A stretch of DNA of 64,000 nt from Jeongeupia wiesaeckerbachi (GTDB lineage Bacteria > Pseudomonadota > Gammaproteobacteria > Burkholderiales > Chitinibacteraceae): positions 598,162-662,161 of the forward strand of contig NZ_CP136946.1 in NCBI RefSeq assembly GCF_050916355.1, written 5' to 3'. The first letter of the stretch is position 1. The number at the start of each line of letters is the position of its first letter. The translations under genes were made by a program, and so were the position numbers. This document shows positions 10,544 to 20,166 of the stretch, piece by piece. Below the pieces are notes generated by a model that was not told the origin of the DNA, did no database searches, and saw only the letters and a list, made by a program, of their open reading frames with translations.

Positions 10544-11647
10544 TTATTGTGCCGGGTCGTTCGGCGCCTGATCGCCGGTCTCGGCGGCCCGATCCTCTTC
10601 CTCGATCTTGCGCGCCGCCCAGTTGTGCAGCAGCGCGTAGCTGACCGCCAGGAGGGTCGGCCCAAGGAAGACACCGAGCATGCCCCAGGCCAGCGCACCA
10701 CCGAGCACGCCGACGAGGATCAGCACGAAGGGCAGATTGCTCTCCTTGCCGATGAACAGCGGCTTGACGACGTTGTCGGCCATGCTGACGACCGCCAGCA
10801 TCCAGATCGCGAGAAACACCGCCCAGCCGGTATCGCCCTGCTGATACATCCACAGCGCCACCGGCAGGCCGAGCACGCTCGGGCCGCCCGGAATCAGCGA
10901 CAGGAAGCAGCTGACCAGCGCAAACGCAGCGGCGTTCTCGATGCCGACCAGCCAGTAGCCGAACCACGCCAGCGCGCCCTGAACCAGCGCGGTGCCGATG
11001 AAGCCGTAGACAACGCCGCGCACCGTACCGGCAGCGATCATCAGCAGCTCCTCGGCGCGCTTGCCGCCGATCTTGTTGAGCACGCGAATGAACCACCGGA
11101 CGATTTCATGGCCGCCGATGTAGAAGAAGAACGCGAACGCCAGGCTCATCAGCATCAGCAGCAACCCGCTGCCGATCGCCTTGCCGAACAGCAGCAACAC
11201 GCTGCCCAGCGGCTTCATCCACTCCTTGAGCCGGTTGATCACCTCGGGATCGCCCTGCGACAAGCCACTCCAGAACTCGGCCAGCTTCGGACCGACCCAC
11301 GGCATCGACGACAGCCAGTGCGGCAAAGGCGGCAGCCCGGCCTCGATATGCACCTGCAACCAGTGCGAGATGCCATCCATATTGCCGGCCAGCTCGACAC
11401 CGGCAATCACCAGCGGCAACACGATCACCAGCGCAAAGAGGCCCAGCAACAGCACCGCCGGCAGGAGCCGATTGCCACGCATCAATTTCGACAGCTTTTC
11501 GTAAGGTTTCCAGCTGGCATAGACCAGAATCCCGGCCCAGGCGAGCGCGGCGATAAACGGGGCGAGAATCTGGTACGACAAGGCCAGCAGCACCACCACC
11601 GCGCACGTCGCGATCGCCGGCTCGACCCAAGCATTTTTTGTTTCCAT
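10544..11647 (-). CDS. AI-2E family transporter (PerM/YhhT-like)
   Basis: About 367 aa from METKNAW... Multi-TM protein with AI-2E family features (GGHEIVRWFIRVLNKIGGKRAEELL...IPGGPSVLG). Confidence 0.8.
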   Translation of the reverse strand: METKNAWVEPAIATCAVVVLLALSYQILAPFIAALAWAGILVYASWKPYEKLSKLMRGNRLLPAVLLLGLFALVIVLPLVIAGVELAGNMDGISHWLQVHIEAGLPPLPHWLSSMPWVGPKLAEFWSGLSQGDPEVINRLKEWMKPLGSVLLLFGKAIGSGLLLMLMSLAFAFFFYIGGHEIVRWFIRVLNKIGGKRAEELLMIAAGTVRGVVYGFIGTALVQGALAWFGYWLVGIENAAAFALVSCFLSLIPGGPSVLGLPVALWMYQQGDTGWAVFLAIWMLAVVSMADNVVKPLFIGKESNLPFVLILVGVLGGALAWGMLGVFLGPTLLAVSYALLHNWAARKIEEEDRAAETGDQAPNDPAQ

Positions 11648-11854
11648 ACAACCCCTTGCGAAGTGGTTCAGGCCTTGCCGATCGACGTGAACGGCGACAG
11701 GCACCTTCTGGTTTTCACGCGATCGACATACGGCCATTGTTGCATTGCAGCCACGGCTGCATGACCAATGGTCTGCATTTGACCCAAATAAGCTTTCTCT
11801 GATTTATTTCACGGTATGCTTACAGCGTTTTTGTCGTTTTAAACGGAGTTCTCG

Positions 11855-13474
11855 ATGACTTTGCGTCTAAAAGCCTGGAGCTTGTCAGCCCTGGTCCTGG
11901 TCGCGCTGCTCGGCGTCATGCTTGCCGGCCTGTTCACCATGCGCCACGCCGCCAACCTCGACAACCGCGCCCGCATCGAACAGCTGATGAAGAGCACGTA
12001 CAACACGATCGCCCAGCTCGAAAGCGCTGCGGCGAGCGGCAGCATCAGCGACGACGAAGCCAAGAAGCTCGCCACGCAGATTCTGCGCGAGAACAAATAC
12101 CACAAATCCGAGTACGTCTATGTTACCGACGACAAGCTGACCTTTGTCGCGACGCCGCTCGATCCGCAACTGCATGGCACCAGTTTCAACGAATTCAAGG
12201 ATGCGCAGGGCAAGAGCGTCGGCGCCATCGCCGCAGCCGCGCTCGACAAATCCGGCGGCGCGCTGACCGAGTACCCGTGGGACAGCCTGCGCGAAGGCAA
12301 GATCGTCGACCTGACCTCGGTCGCCCAGCGCACACCGCGCTGGCACTGGATTGTCGGCACCGGCGTCAGCTCGGCCGAGGCCGATGCCCGCTTCTGGGCC
12401 AGCGCCCGCTGGCAGGTCATCGTCTGCCTGATCGTTGCTGGCGTTGTCGCTGCACTGATGCTCGCCGCGGTGGCCCGGCTGCTGCGCGATCTCGGCGGTG
12501 AACCCGGTGAAGTCCTCAAGCTGGTACAGCGCGTCGCCGACGGCGACCTCGCCGCCGGTCAGGCCAGCCGCAACGTTGCGCCGAACAGCATCTACGGCTC
12601 GGTGCTGAAAATGCGCGACGCGCTGCGCGGCGTGATGCAGGAACTGCAATCGGCCGTCGGCACCTTGCACCGGACCAGCGACGACATCGTCGGCAAGGCC
12701 GAAGGCAGCAACCGCCTCGTCGAAGCCCAGGGCGACGCCGCGCGCCGTATCGCCCAGACCGCCGAACGCTTCGCCGAACAGACGCAGAGCGCCGAAACCG
12801 AAGCCGACACCGCCCGCCGTCAGAGCGAAGCGGCCACCGGCATCTCGGCCAAGGGCCAGCAGGTGATTTCGGCGGCGGTTGCGCGGCTGACCGAGACCGA
12901 ACAATCGGTCGGCGACACCCAGACCAGCATCGATGACCTTGCCGCCCGTGTCGGCAGCATCTCGGCCGTGATCGCGGTGATCCGCGACGTCGCCGACCAG
13001 ACCAATCTGCTGGCGCTGAACGCCGCGATCGAGGCGGCGCGGGCCGGCGAACAGGGCCGCGGCTTTGCCGTGGTCGCCGACGAAGTCCGCAAGCTCGCCG
13101 AACGCACCAGCACGGCGACGCAGGAAATCGGCAATACCATCAATGCCGTGCAGACCAGCAGCCAGAACGCCAAGACGCGAATGGACGACATGGTCGAACA
13201 GCTCAAGGAAGGCATTCGCCAGGCCAAGGAAGGCGGCGAAGCGGTCAAGGCGATCCGTGCCGAAACCGAGGCGACCGCCAAGGTCGTCGACGGCATCGGC
13301 CGCACGCTGGCCGACCAGGTCGGCGCCAGCCGGGCGATCCGCAACGACGTCGACGAAGTCGCCCAGTCGTCGAACGGCACGCTGGCCGCCGCGCGCGGCA
13401 CCGTCGACGCGGCACAGTCGATCAAGTCGGTGTCCGATCAACTGGCCGGACAGATCCGCCGCTTCAAGCTCTGA
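11855..13474 (+). CDS. Methyl-accepting chemotaxis protein with a periplasmic Cache-like sensor
   Basis: TM1, periplasmic domain, TM2 and HAMP, followed by the MCP signalling domain with the highly conserved hairpin ([34 protein letters not shown]). Confidence 0.9.
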   Translation: MTLRLKAWSLSALVLVALLGVMLAGLFTMRHAANLDNRARIEQLMKSTYNTIAQLESAAASGSISDDEAKKLATQILRENKYHKSEYVYVTDDKLTFVATPLDPQLHGTSFNEFKDAQGKSVGAIAAAALDKSGGALTEYPWDSLREGKIVDLTSVAQRTPRWHWIVGTGVSSAEADARFWASARWQVIVCLIVAGVVAALMLAAVARLLRDLGGEPGEVLKLVQRVADGDLAAGQASRNVAPNSIYGSVLKMRDALRGVMQELQSAVGTLHRTSDDIVGKAEGSNRLVEAQGDAARRIAQTAERFAEQTQSAETEADTARRQSEAATGISAKGQQVISAAVARLTETEQSVGDTQTSIDDLAARVGSISAVIAVIRDVADQTNLLALNAAIEAARAGEQGRGFAVVADEVRKLAERTSTATQEIGNTINAVQTSSQNAKTRMDDMVEQLKEGIRQAKEGGEAVKAIRAETEATAKVVDGIGRTLADQVGASRAIRNDVDEVAQSSNGTLAAARGTVDAAQSIKSVSDQLAGQIRRFKL

Positions 13475-13501
13475 TAACAAGCAAGAACAACAATCCCGCT
13501 C

Positions 13502-13527
13502 AGCCCGGCGCAAGCCGGGCTTTTTTA
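13502..13527 (+). terminator. Rho-independent terminator after the chemoreceptor gene
   Basis: agcccggcgcaagccgggct followed by tttttt. Confidence 0.75.
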
Positions 13528-13588
13528 CGCTCGCCGTTGCCGCGGGCGGCGTTGCGCGCCATGCTTGGGACAGTACACGGAGCCATGC

Positions 13589-15250
13589 ATGCGTCTCATC
13601 CACCTGCAGGTCGACAATTTCCGCGGCATCAGCCGCATCGCGCTGTCGCTCGAAGCCGACCGCAGCGTACTGTTCGGCGAAAACAACTGGGGCAAGACCA
13701 GCCTGATCGACGCGCTGGCGCGCTGTCTCGGCCCGGGTGCCGCTGCCGGACCGCGTTTCGACCTGGATGACTTCCACCACGACGCCGACGGCATCGCTGC
13801 AAAGGCACTGGCGATCACGCTGACCTTTGGCGACGACGAACCCAAACCGCTGCCGCTGTCGCCACGACTGACCTCGCTGGCGTGGCGCGACCGCAAGGGG
13901 TGCTGGCGTGTCAGCCTGCGCATTGCCGCGTTCCGCCGTGGCGACGTCATCAGCGTACGGCGCGAACTGCTCGGCCCGAGCGGCAAGGTCCGCCACCATC
14001 CGGAGGCCGACGCGCTGGCGTGCGAACTCGTCATGCGCCACCCGGTACTGCGACTGCGCGAAATGCAGCTGGCGCAATGGATGACGCCAGCACGCAACGA
14101 CGGCAAGCCGATTCCGCTCGACACCGGCGAAGCGCCGGCCGACATCGTCCAGCGCACCTTCGAAGCCCTGCTGCAGCAACCGCACCGGGTCGGCCCCAAG
14201 GTATTGCAACAAGGCATCGCCGCGATGCGCGAACTGTTGTGCCGCCATGCCGACCAGCTGCCACAGCCGGTCACGCTACGGCTGGCCGAAGACATCGCTT
14301 CAGCGCCGGTGACGTTCCGCGATCACGCCAGTCTGCTCGAAATCGCCAACCGCGCCGGCAGCAGCACCCAGCAGCTGGCGCTGCTGTTCCTGCTCGGCTC
14401 GCTGCTCGAAGCGCGCGGCACCGACGCGCTGCGCGACAGCGAAATGCCCTTGCTGCTGGTCGAAGACCCCGAAACCCATCTGCACCCTACCCAGCTGGTG
14501 CAGTTGTGGGGGCTGGTCGAGCAACTGCCGGTGCAAAAGCTCGTCACCACCAATAGCGGCGAGCTGCTGGCCAGCTTCCCGCACCACAGCCTGCGGCGGC
14601 TGGTACGCGGCAACGACAAGGTCTTCGTCTACCAGATGGGGCGCAACGGGCTATCGAAACAGGACGCCCGCAAGGTCGGTTTTCATGTCCGCGTCAACCG
14701 GCCGAACAGCCTGTTCGCACGCACCTGGCTGCTGGTCGAAGGCGAAACCGAATTCTGGCTGCTGCCCGAGCTGGCGCGCCGCTACGGCGTCAACCTCGGT
14801 GCGCTCGGCATCCGCAGCGTCGAATTCGCCCAGGCCGGGCTCGCGCCGCTGATCAAGTTCGCCGATGCGTTCGGCATTCGCTGGCACCTCGTCACCGATG
14901 GCGACGACGCCGGCCGGATGTACGCGAACAAAACGCGCGCGCTGCTGCACGGCCGCGACGAGGACCGCCACCTGACCGTGCTGCCGTCACGCGACATCGA
15001 ACACTATCTGTTCGAGAACGGCTTCGCCGACGTCTACCGCAGCGCCGCACACTGGACCCGCGGCCCCGTTCCCGGCACCGCCGAGCTGATCCACCGCGCC
15101 ATCCGCCGCGAGGCCAAGCCGGGCATGGCGCTGGCGATTGCCGAGGCGGCCGAACAGCGCGGCAAGGCCAGTATTCCGCCGCTGCTGGCGCGCTTGTTCG
15201 ACACCCTGGCCGAGCTGGCTCAGGACGAAGACGCGCGCGAACTGCGGTAA
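13589..15250 (+). CDS. OLD-family ATP-dependent endonuclease (class 1, single-gene; YbjD-like; ABC-type ATPase plus Toprim)
   Basis: Start at MRLIHLQVDNFRGI with a GGAG RBS 6 nt upstream. Walker A is LFGENNWGKTSLIDAL, Walker B/H-loop is LLLVEDPETHLHP, and the C-terminal Toprim domain has a catalytic Glu (WLLVEGETEFWLL) and a DxD motif (HLVTDGDDAG). Confidence 0.8.
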   Translation: MRLIHLQVDNFRGISRIALSLEADRSVLFGENNWGKTSLIDALARCLGPGAAAGPRFDLDDFHHDADGIAAKALAITLTFGDDEPKPLPLSPRLTSLAWRDRKGCWRVSLRIAAFRRGDVISVRRELLGPSGKVRHHPEADALACELVMRHPVLRLREMQLAQWMTPARNDGKPIPLDTGEAPADIVQRTFEALLQQPHRVGPKVLQQGIAAMRELLCRHADQLPQPVTLRLAEDIASAPVTFRDHASLLEIANRAGSSTQQLALLFLLGSLLEARGTDALRDSEMPLLLVEDPETHLHPTQLVQLWGLVEQLPVQKLVTTNSGELLASFPHHSLRRLVRGNDKVFVYQMGRNGLSKQDARKVGFHVRVNRPNSLFARTWLLVEGETEFWLLPELARRYGVNLGALGIRSVEFAQAGLAPLIKFADAFGIRWHLVTDGDDAGRMYANKTRALLHGRDEDRHLTVLPSRDIEHYLFENGFADVYRSAAHWTRGPVPGTAELIHRAIRREAKPGMALAIAEAAEQRGKASIPPLLARLFDTLAELAQDEDARELR

Positions 15251-16098
15251 CGGCGGCGGAAATCCCGCGGCGTCTCGCCCTTGGCGGCGCGGAACTGCCG
15301 GTTGAAATGCGCCAGATTGGCGTAGCCGGCGGCGTCGGCGATCACGCAGATCGCCTTGTCGGTCTGGATCAGTTGCTGGCAGGCATAGCCGATGCGCAGG
15401 CGCGTCAGATAGGCCGTCACCGTCGTCTGGGTATGCCGCTTGAAAAAGCGGTGGAAGGCGCCGACCGACATCGCGGCCATTTCCGCCAGGGTTTCGACTT
15501 CGATCGGGCTCGCGAACTGCGCATGCAGGTGTTCGAGCACGCGGCCGAGCCGCTCTCGCTGCCGGTCCGCGGTCGGCGGCGGCGCCATGGCAGTCAGGGT
15601 TTCCACACCGGTATCGGCCGCCAGTTGCAGCAGCACATCGAGTAGCAGCGGCAGCCTTTGCGCCGGTGTCTTGTCGTGCAGCGACATCAGCAGCGGCCGG
15701 ACCGCCACGGCGGTCTCGCGGCCAAACACCAGTCCCCGGCAGGCGGCGGCGGCCAGTTCAACGACCGCGGCGTACTCGGGAAACTGCCGCGCCAGCCCCT
15801 CAACCCACTCGCTGCGGAACCAGACGACCACGGCGAGCATCGGTTGCGCCGGATCGAGTTTCTCGACCGCCGACCAGCTATGCGGCAGCTCGGGGCCGAG
15901 CAGCACCAGATCGCCATCGTCGAAATCGTCGATCCGGTCGGCAATGAAGCGCTGGCCCCGCGCGTTGACCGTCAGCGTCAGTTCGAATTCCGGGTGGTAG
16001 TGCCAGGCGAACGGCAGCGTCGGCACTTCGCGCCACAGCAAGGCCCACGACTGTCCGGCCGGTACAACGATGTGCTCGAATTGCGGACGCATGCCCAC
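15220..16098 (-). CDS. AraC-family transcriptional regulator (cupin N-terminal domain plus HTH)
   Basis: C-terminal AraC HTH (AYLTRLRIGYACQQLIQTDKAICVIADAAGYANLAHFNRQFRAAKGETPRDFRR). Its 3' end overlaps the OLD gene convergently by about 31 bp. Confidence 0.85.
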   Translation of the reverse strand: MGMRPQFEHIVVPAGQSWALLWREVPTLPFAWHYHPEFELTLTVNARGQRFIADRIDDFDDGDLVLLGPELPHSWSAVEKLDPAQPMLAVVVWFRSEWVEGLARQFPEYAAVVELAAAACRGLVFGRETAVAVRPLLMSLHDKTPAQRLPLLLDVLLQLAADTGVETLTAMAPPPTADRQRERLGRVLEHLHAQFASPIEVETLAEMAAMSVGAFHRFFKRHTQTTVTAYLTRLRIGYACQQLIQTDKAICVIADAAGYANLAHFNRQFRAAKGETPRDFRRRYRSSRASSS

Positions 16099-16230
16099 TA
16101 TCCCATTCGCATCGATCAGTCAGAATCATATTAATAATCGCCATTCAACGCGCATTCCGCACGACGGGCGTGACGACAATCGTCGAACGGCCAGCCGCAT
16201 TGCGGCGCCAGCCACGCTTCGGAGATCACC

Positions 16231-17235
16231 ATGAACGACCGTTATGGCTATGGCAACGCCCGCCCGGGCAACCCGTCCGTGTCCTACCGCGCCGAGGACC
16301 GCCAGCTGCACACCTTGCGAAAACAGTTGCCGCTACGCGTGCTGTCCGATGACGATTTCGTCCACTGGCAGCGCTACGGCTACGTCATCGTCAAGCAGGC
16401 CGTCCCGGCCGAGGCCGTGCAGCGCACCGCCGATTTCCTCTGGGAGTTCCAGCAGCTCGACCCGAGCGACCCGGCCAGCTGGAACGCGCCGCAACTGCGC
16501 GAGAACGAGATGCGCGAGCTCAACGGCTCGGGCATGGTCGAGGCCTACCAGAACCAGACGCTGTGGGACAACCGCCAGACGCCGCGCGTCTACGACGCCT
16601 TCGTCGACATCTGGGACCGCGAGGATCTGTGGGTCACGATCGACCGCGCCAACCTCAACACGCCGAATGCCGGCGTGCGCAGCTTCGGCGGTTTCATCCA
16701 CTGGGATGCCGATACCTCGCTCGACCCGCGGCCGGTCAACGTCCAGGGCGTGCTGGCCCTGTCGGACACGACCGAGACAGGCGGCGGCTTCCAGTGCATT
16801 CCCGAATTGTTCGAGCACTTCGACCGCTGGCGTGCCGCCGCACCGGCCGACCGCAACCCGTGGCGCCCCGACCTCGACGCGGTACCGTGGCCGGTGCGTT
16901 TCATCCCGATGCAGGCCGGCGACCTGTTGATCTTCAACAGCCTGCTGGCACACGGCATCCGCCCGAACACCTCGACCGACCAGGTCAGGCTGGCGCAATA
17001 CATTTCATTCACGCCGGCCGACGAAGGCAGTACCGAGCTGCGCGACTGGCGCATCCAGAGCTGGCACCGGCGCGAGCCGGCACGCGGCTACGCCTTTCCC
17101 GGCGATCCGCGCCACTGGGAACAGACACGCTATCCGCGCGCCACGCTGTCGGCGCTGGGCGAACATATCCTCGGCCTGCGCAGTTGGCATCACAGCCTGC
17201 CGGTGGCCGAACCGGCGGCGGTTGACATCGGGTGA
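16231..17235 (+). CDS. Phytanoyl-CoA dioxygenase (PhyH) family Fe(II)/2-oxoglutarate oxygenase
   Basis: 334 aa with an HxD...H facial triad (FIHWDAD...LLAHGIRPN). Divergent from the AraC regulator. Confidence 0.75.
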   Translation: MNDRYGYGNARPGNPSVSYRAEDRQLHTLRKQLPLRVLSDDDFVHWQRYGYVIVKQAVPAEAVQRTADFLWEFQQLDPSDPASWNAPQLRENEMRELNGSGMVEAYQNQTLWDNRQTPRVYDAFVDIWDREDLWVTIDRANLNTPNAGVRSFGGFIHWDADTSLDPRPVNVQGVLALSDTTETGGGFQCIPELFEHFDRWRAAAPADRNPWRPDLDAVPWPVRFIPMQAGDLLIFNSLLAHGIRPNTSTDQVRLAQYISFTPADEGSTELRDWRIQSWHRREPARGYAFPGDPRHWEQTRYPRATLSALGEHILGLRSWHHSLPVAEPAAVDIG

Positions 17236-17325
17236 AAAGTGCCGGGCCGGCCTGTGGGCGGGATCACTGACGCTAGACTGGGCGTTATTGCATGATTGCC
17301 GCATAGACCACAGGAGACTGTCCGC

Positions 17326-17991
17326 ATGTCGAACGCCCCCAAAACCCACCCGATGTTTCTTGCCGCCGCGGGCGCCGTGATCATCGCGGCCGGCATCGTG
17401 ACGGCCAAGATGCTGGGCTGGATCGGCGCTGCGCCAGCCCCCATCGCCAGCGAACCGGCCATTGTCGCCGTCGCCAGCGCTCCCGCGATTGCGTCGGCGC
17501 CCGAGGTGCTCGCCCCGGTCGTGACGCCGACGCCGGCCGCTACCCCGGCGCCCACGCCGCGACCTACACCCAAGCCAACGCCGCGGCCGAAACCGAAGCC
17601 GACCCCGGCGCCGCACCATGAACAGACCGAAACCCGCCCGGCGCCGGTGCAGCAGGTCTGCGCCAGCTGCGGCCGCGTCGTCGCCGTGCAGGCCCGTGAA
17701 GAAGCCGGTCAGGCCAGTGGCGGCGGTGCCGTTGCCGGCGGCGTCGTCGGCGGCGTACTCGGCCACCAGGTCGGCAGCGGCCGCGGCAATACCGTTGCCA
17801 CCGTGGTCGGCGCGCTCGGCGGTGCGCTCGCCGGCAACGAAATCGAAAAACACGTCCGCAAGACGGTTTACTACGATGTGGTCGTGTCGTTCGACGACGG
17901 CAGTCAGCGCAACTTCAGCTATCCGCAGCAGCCACCGTTCGCCGTCGGTGACCGGGTTCGCGATGCCGGTGGACAACTGGTCGCCAACTAA
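17326..17991 (+). CDS. Glycine-zipper 2TM domain protein (SlyB/Rick_17kDa-like) with a Pro/Thr/Ala-rich linker
   Basis: Start at MSNAPK with an AGGAG RBS. TM anchor, then a P/T/A-rich low-complexity region, then the Gly-zipper (GGGAVAGGVVGGVLGHQVGSGRGNTVATVVGALGGALAG) and a C-terminal beta domain. Confidence 0.65.
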   Translation: MSNAPKTHPMFLAAAGAVIIAAGIVTAKMLGWIGAAPAPIASEPAIVAVASAPAIASAPEVLAPVVTPTPAATPAPTPRPTPKPTPRPKPKPTPAPHHEQTETRPAPVQQVCASCGRVVAVQAREEAGQASGGGAVAGGVVGGVLGHQVGSGRGNTVATVVGALGGALAGNEIEKHVRKTVYYDVVVSFDDGSQRNFSYPQQPPFAVGDRVRDAGGQLVAN

Positions 17992-17998
17992 CCCCGCC

Positions 17999-18025
17999 AG
18001 CCCCCGACATGCCGGGGGCTTTTTG
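17999..18025 (+). terminator. Rho-independent terminator
   Basis: agcccccgacatgccgggggct followed by ttttt. Confidence 0.75.
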
Positions 18026-18107
18026 TTGCTCGTAACAACTTACATCACAGTAGAGAAGACGGGTTCTCCGGTGTTAGCCTAAAAAGAACGACACACGGGA
18101 GAATTAC

Positions 18108-19643
18108 ATGGTCTTTGCTGTTTCGCTCGCGATCGCGCTCGGTTTTGTCGCCTGGGGGGTCATCGCCCCGGCCAATATGAGTGCCACGACCCAGACCTTG
18201 CTGTCAGGCACCATCGGCGGATTCGGCTGGTTTTATCTGCTGTCCGTGTTCGGTTTCCTGATTTTTGCCCTCTACCTTGCCTTCGGTCGTTTCGGTCAGA
18301 TTCGCCTCGGCGGCGACGACGCCGAACCCGAGTTTTCCCGCGTCAGCTGGTTTGCAATGCTGTTCTCGGCCGGCATGGGCATCGGCCTCGTGTTCTGGGG
18401 TGCCGCCGAGCCGCTGGCGCATCTGGCCACCCCGCCGGTGGGCGACGGCCTGACGCCCGAAGCCGCGCGCACCGCGCTGCGCTACACCTTCTTCCACTGG
18501 GGCCTGCACCCATGGGCGATCTACAGCGTCATGGGCCTGGCCATCGCCTACTTCAGCTTCAACCGCGGCCTGCCGGTGCTGGTGTCCGAAGCGTTCCGGC
18601 CGCTGTTCGGCGATCGAGTCAACGGCGGACTCGGCAAGCTCGTCGACATCCTCGCCGTCATTGCCACCGCCTGCGGCGTCGTCACTTCGCTCGGCCTTGG
18701 CACGCTGCAGATCGGTGGCGGCCTGACCCATGCGCTCGGCGTGCCCGACAGCGACTCGCTGCACATCATCATCATCGTCGTGGCCATGGGGCTGGCGATC
18801 ATCTCGTCGCTGTCCGGCGTCGGCCGTGGCATCCAGTGGCTGTCGAACCTGAACATCGCCATCGCCGTCCTGCTGCTTGCCGCGGTGCTCATCCTCGGGC
18901 CGACGCTGTTCATCGTCGAATCGTTCACCACCACGCTCGGCGGCTATATCAACAACCTGTCGTTCATGAGCCTGCGGCTGACGCCGTTCAGCAAGGGCTC
19001 GTGGGTTGCCGACTGGACGCTGTTCTACTGGGCATGGTGGATCACCTGGGCGCCGTTCGTGGGCCTGTTCATTGCCCGCGTCTCCAAGGGCCGGACGATC
19101 CGCGAGTTCGTCGTCGGCGTGCTGCTGGCGCCGAGCATCGTCAGCTTCCTGTGGTTCTCGGTCTTTGGCGGTACGGCGATTCACCAGCAACTGTTCGACG
19201 GCATCAATCTGCTTGCGGTGCAGCAGCAGGACTACGCCAAGACGCTGTTCGCCATGTTCGGCGCGCTGCCGTTCTCCGGCGTGCTGTCGGTGCTGGCGCT
19301 GGCACTGATCGTCAGCTTCTTCGTCACCTCGGCCGACTCGGCCAATCTGGTGCTCGGCATGCTGTCGACCCGCGGCCGCCAGGATCCGCCGGCCTGGATC
19401 AAGCTGGTCTGGGGCGTAGTGATTGCGGCGATGGCGATCGTGCTGCTGTTCTCGGGCGGGCTGAAGGCCTTGCAGACGCTGGCCATCGTTTCGGCGCTGC
19501 CGTTCGCGCTGATCATGGTCGGGCTCTGCGTCTCGCTGTACAAGGCGCTGGCCGCCGACGACCGCGCGCACAAGCAGCGCGAAAAAGCCCGCCGGCATGC
19601 GGTCGACTCGATGCTGGCACGCGATCCGCACCTCGGCGACTGA
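18108..19643 (+). CDS. BCCT-family (betaine/carnitine/choline) transporter
   Basis: 511 aa with 12 TM helices and the BCCT signature region (WTLFYWAWWITWAPFVGLFIARVSKGRTIREF). Confidence 0.9.
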   Translation: MVFAVSLAIALGFVAWGVIAPANMSATTQTLLSGTIGGFGWFYLLSVFGFLIFALYLAFGRFGQIRLGGDDAEPEFSRVSWFAMLFSAGMGIGLVFWGAAEPLAHLATPPVGDGLTPEAARTALRYTFFHWGLHPWAIYSVMGLAIAYFSFNRGLPVLVSEAFRPLFGDRVNGGLGKLVDILAVIATACGVVTSLGLGTLQIGGGLTHALGVPDSDSLHIIIIVVAMGLAIISSLSGVGRGIQWLSNLNIAIAVLLLAAVLILGPTLFIVESFTTTLGGYINNLSFMSLRLTPFSKGSWVADWTLFYWAWWITWAPFVGLFIARVSKGRTIREFVVGVLLAPSIVSFLWFSVFGGTAIHQQLFDGINLLAVQQQDYAKTLFAMFGALPFSGVLSVLALALIVSFFVTSADSANLVLGMLSTRGRQDPPAWIKLVWGVVIAAMAIVLLFSGGLKALQTLAIVSALPFALIMVGLCVSLYKALAADDRAHKQREKARRHAVDSMLARDPHLGD

Positions 19644-19661
19644 TTGGCCCGCAGGCCGGAC

Positions 19662-19970
19662 TCAGCGTTCGGTCTGCCGGTCCCGCGTCTGGTCGCGCGC
19701 CTGATTGAGCAGGGCGTCGACCAGACCGATCGCCCGCTGTCGCGCCGCCAGCCCGTCGACACGGGAGAAGGCCTCGTCCAGCGCTTCGGGTAAATCGCAG
19801 GCCAGCTGAAACAGCATGCGTTGTTCGCGACCATGCGTGCACGGCAGGTAGTAGTTGATCTCGTCGACCAGATCGTCGGCCAGTTCATGCGGATAGATTG
19901 CGGGCGCCGTGAGGATGCGATCCAGCAGACGCACACCGAACACCCCGAGCGACAGCAGCTGCGTAGCCAT
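19662..19970 (-). CDS. Hypothetical protein (102 aa)
   Basis: ATG with an AGGAG RBS 5 nt upstream. Acidic, helical protein with no recognisable motif. Confidence 0.5.
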   Translation of the reverse strand: MATQLLSLGVFGVRLLDRILTAPAIYPHELADDLVDEINYYLPCTHGREQRMLFQLACDLPEALDEAFSRVDGLAARQRAIGLVDALLNQARDQTRDRQTER

Positions 19971-20166
19971 GCGTGCTCCTGCCCCGAGCACAGCGGTCGG
20001 GGCGCCTGGGTGAGTCGGCCCCACCCTTCTCCCACTCTAGTTGCCGCGTCGCGGCCACCGGTCGGCTTGCCGCACTGGCCGACAACCGGCTCAAGGGTTT
20101 TTCTGTAAAGACAATGTCGTGCCAATCGCATAAATTTTGTGCAAACGCAAAATTCAGGAGAAACCC

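Noticed and set aside
13565-13588. Upstream in-frame extensions of ORFs (e.g. OLD at 13565, GGDEF at 36947, glmS at 20137, pyk at 42821, rtcB at 31179, Spo0M-like at 37037, HK at 23700)
   Set aside because: The internal starts chosen have Shine-Dalgarno sequences and match the conserved N-termini of the families. The extensions encode Arg/Pro-rich tails without an RBS and often overlap upstream genes.
11885-14248. Very long antisense ORFs (787 aa here; also 20194..22095, 44835..48134, 54956..58150, 1133..2290) opposite well-supported genes
   Set aside because: These are typical high-GC artefacts with R/A/G-rich low-complexity translations. Each lies opposite a gene with strong motif evidence (MCP/OLD, glmS, RND pump, oxidoreductase, ABC ATPase).
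19971-20166. Possible riboswitch or ribozyme upstream of glmS
   Set aside because: The glmS ribozyme is confined to Gram-positives. I see no conserved core (P2.1 or the GlcN6P pocket sequences), only GC-rich hairpins and an AT-rich promoter.
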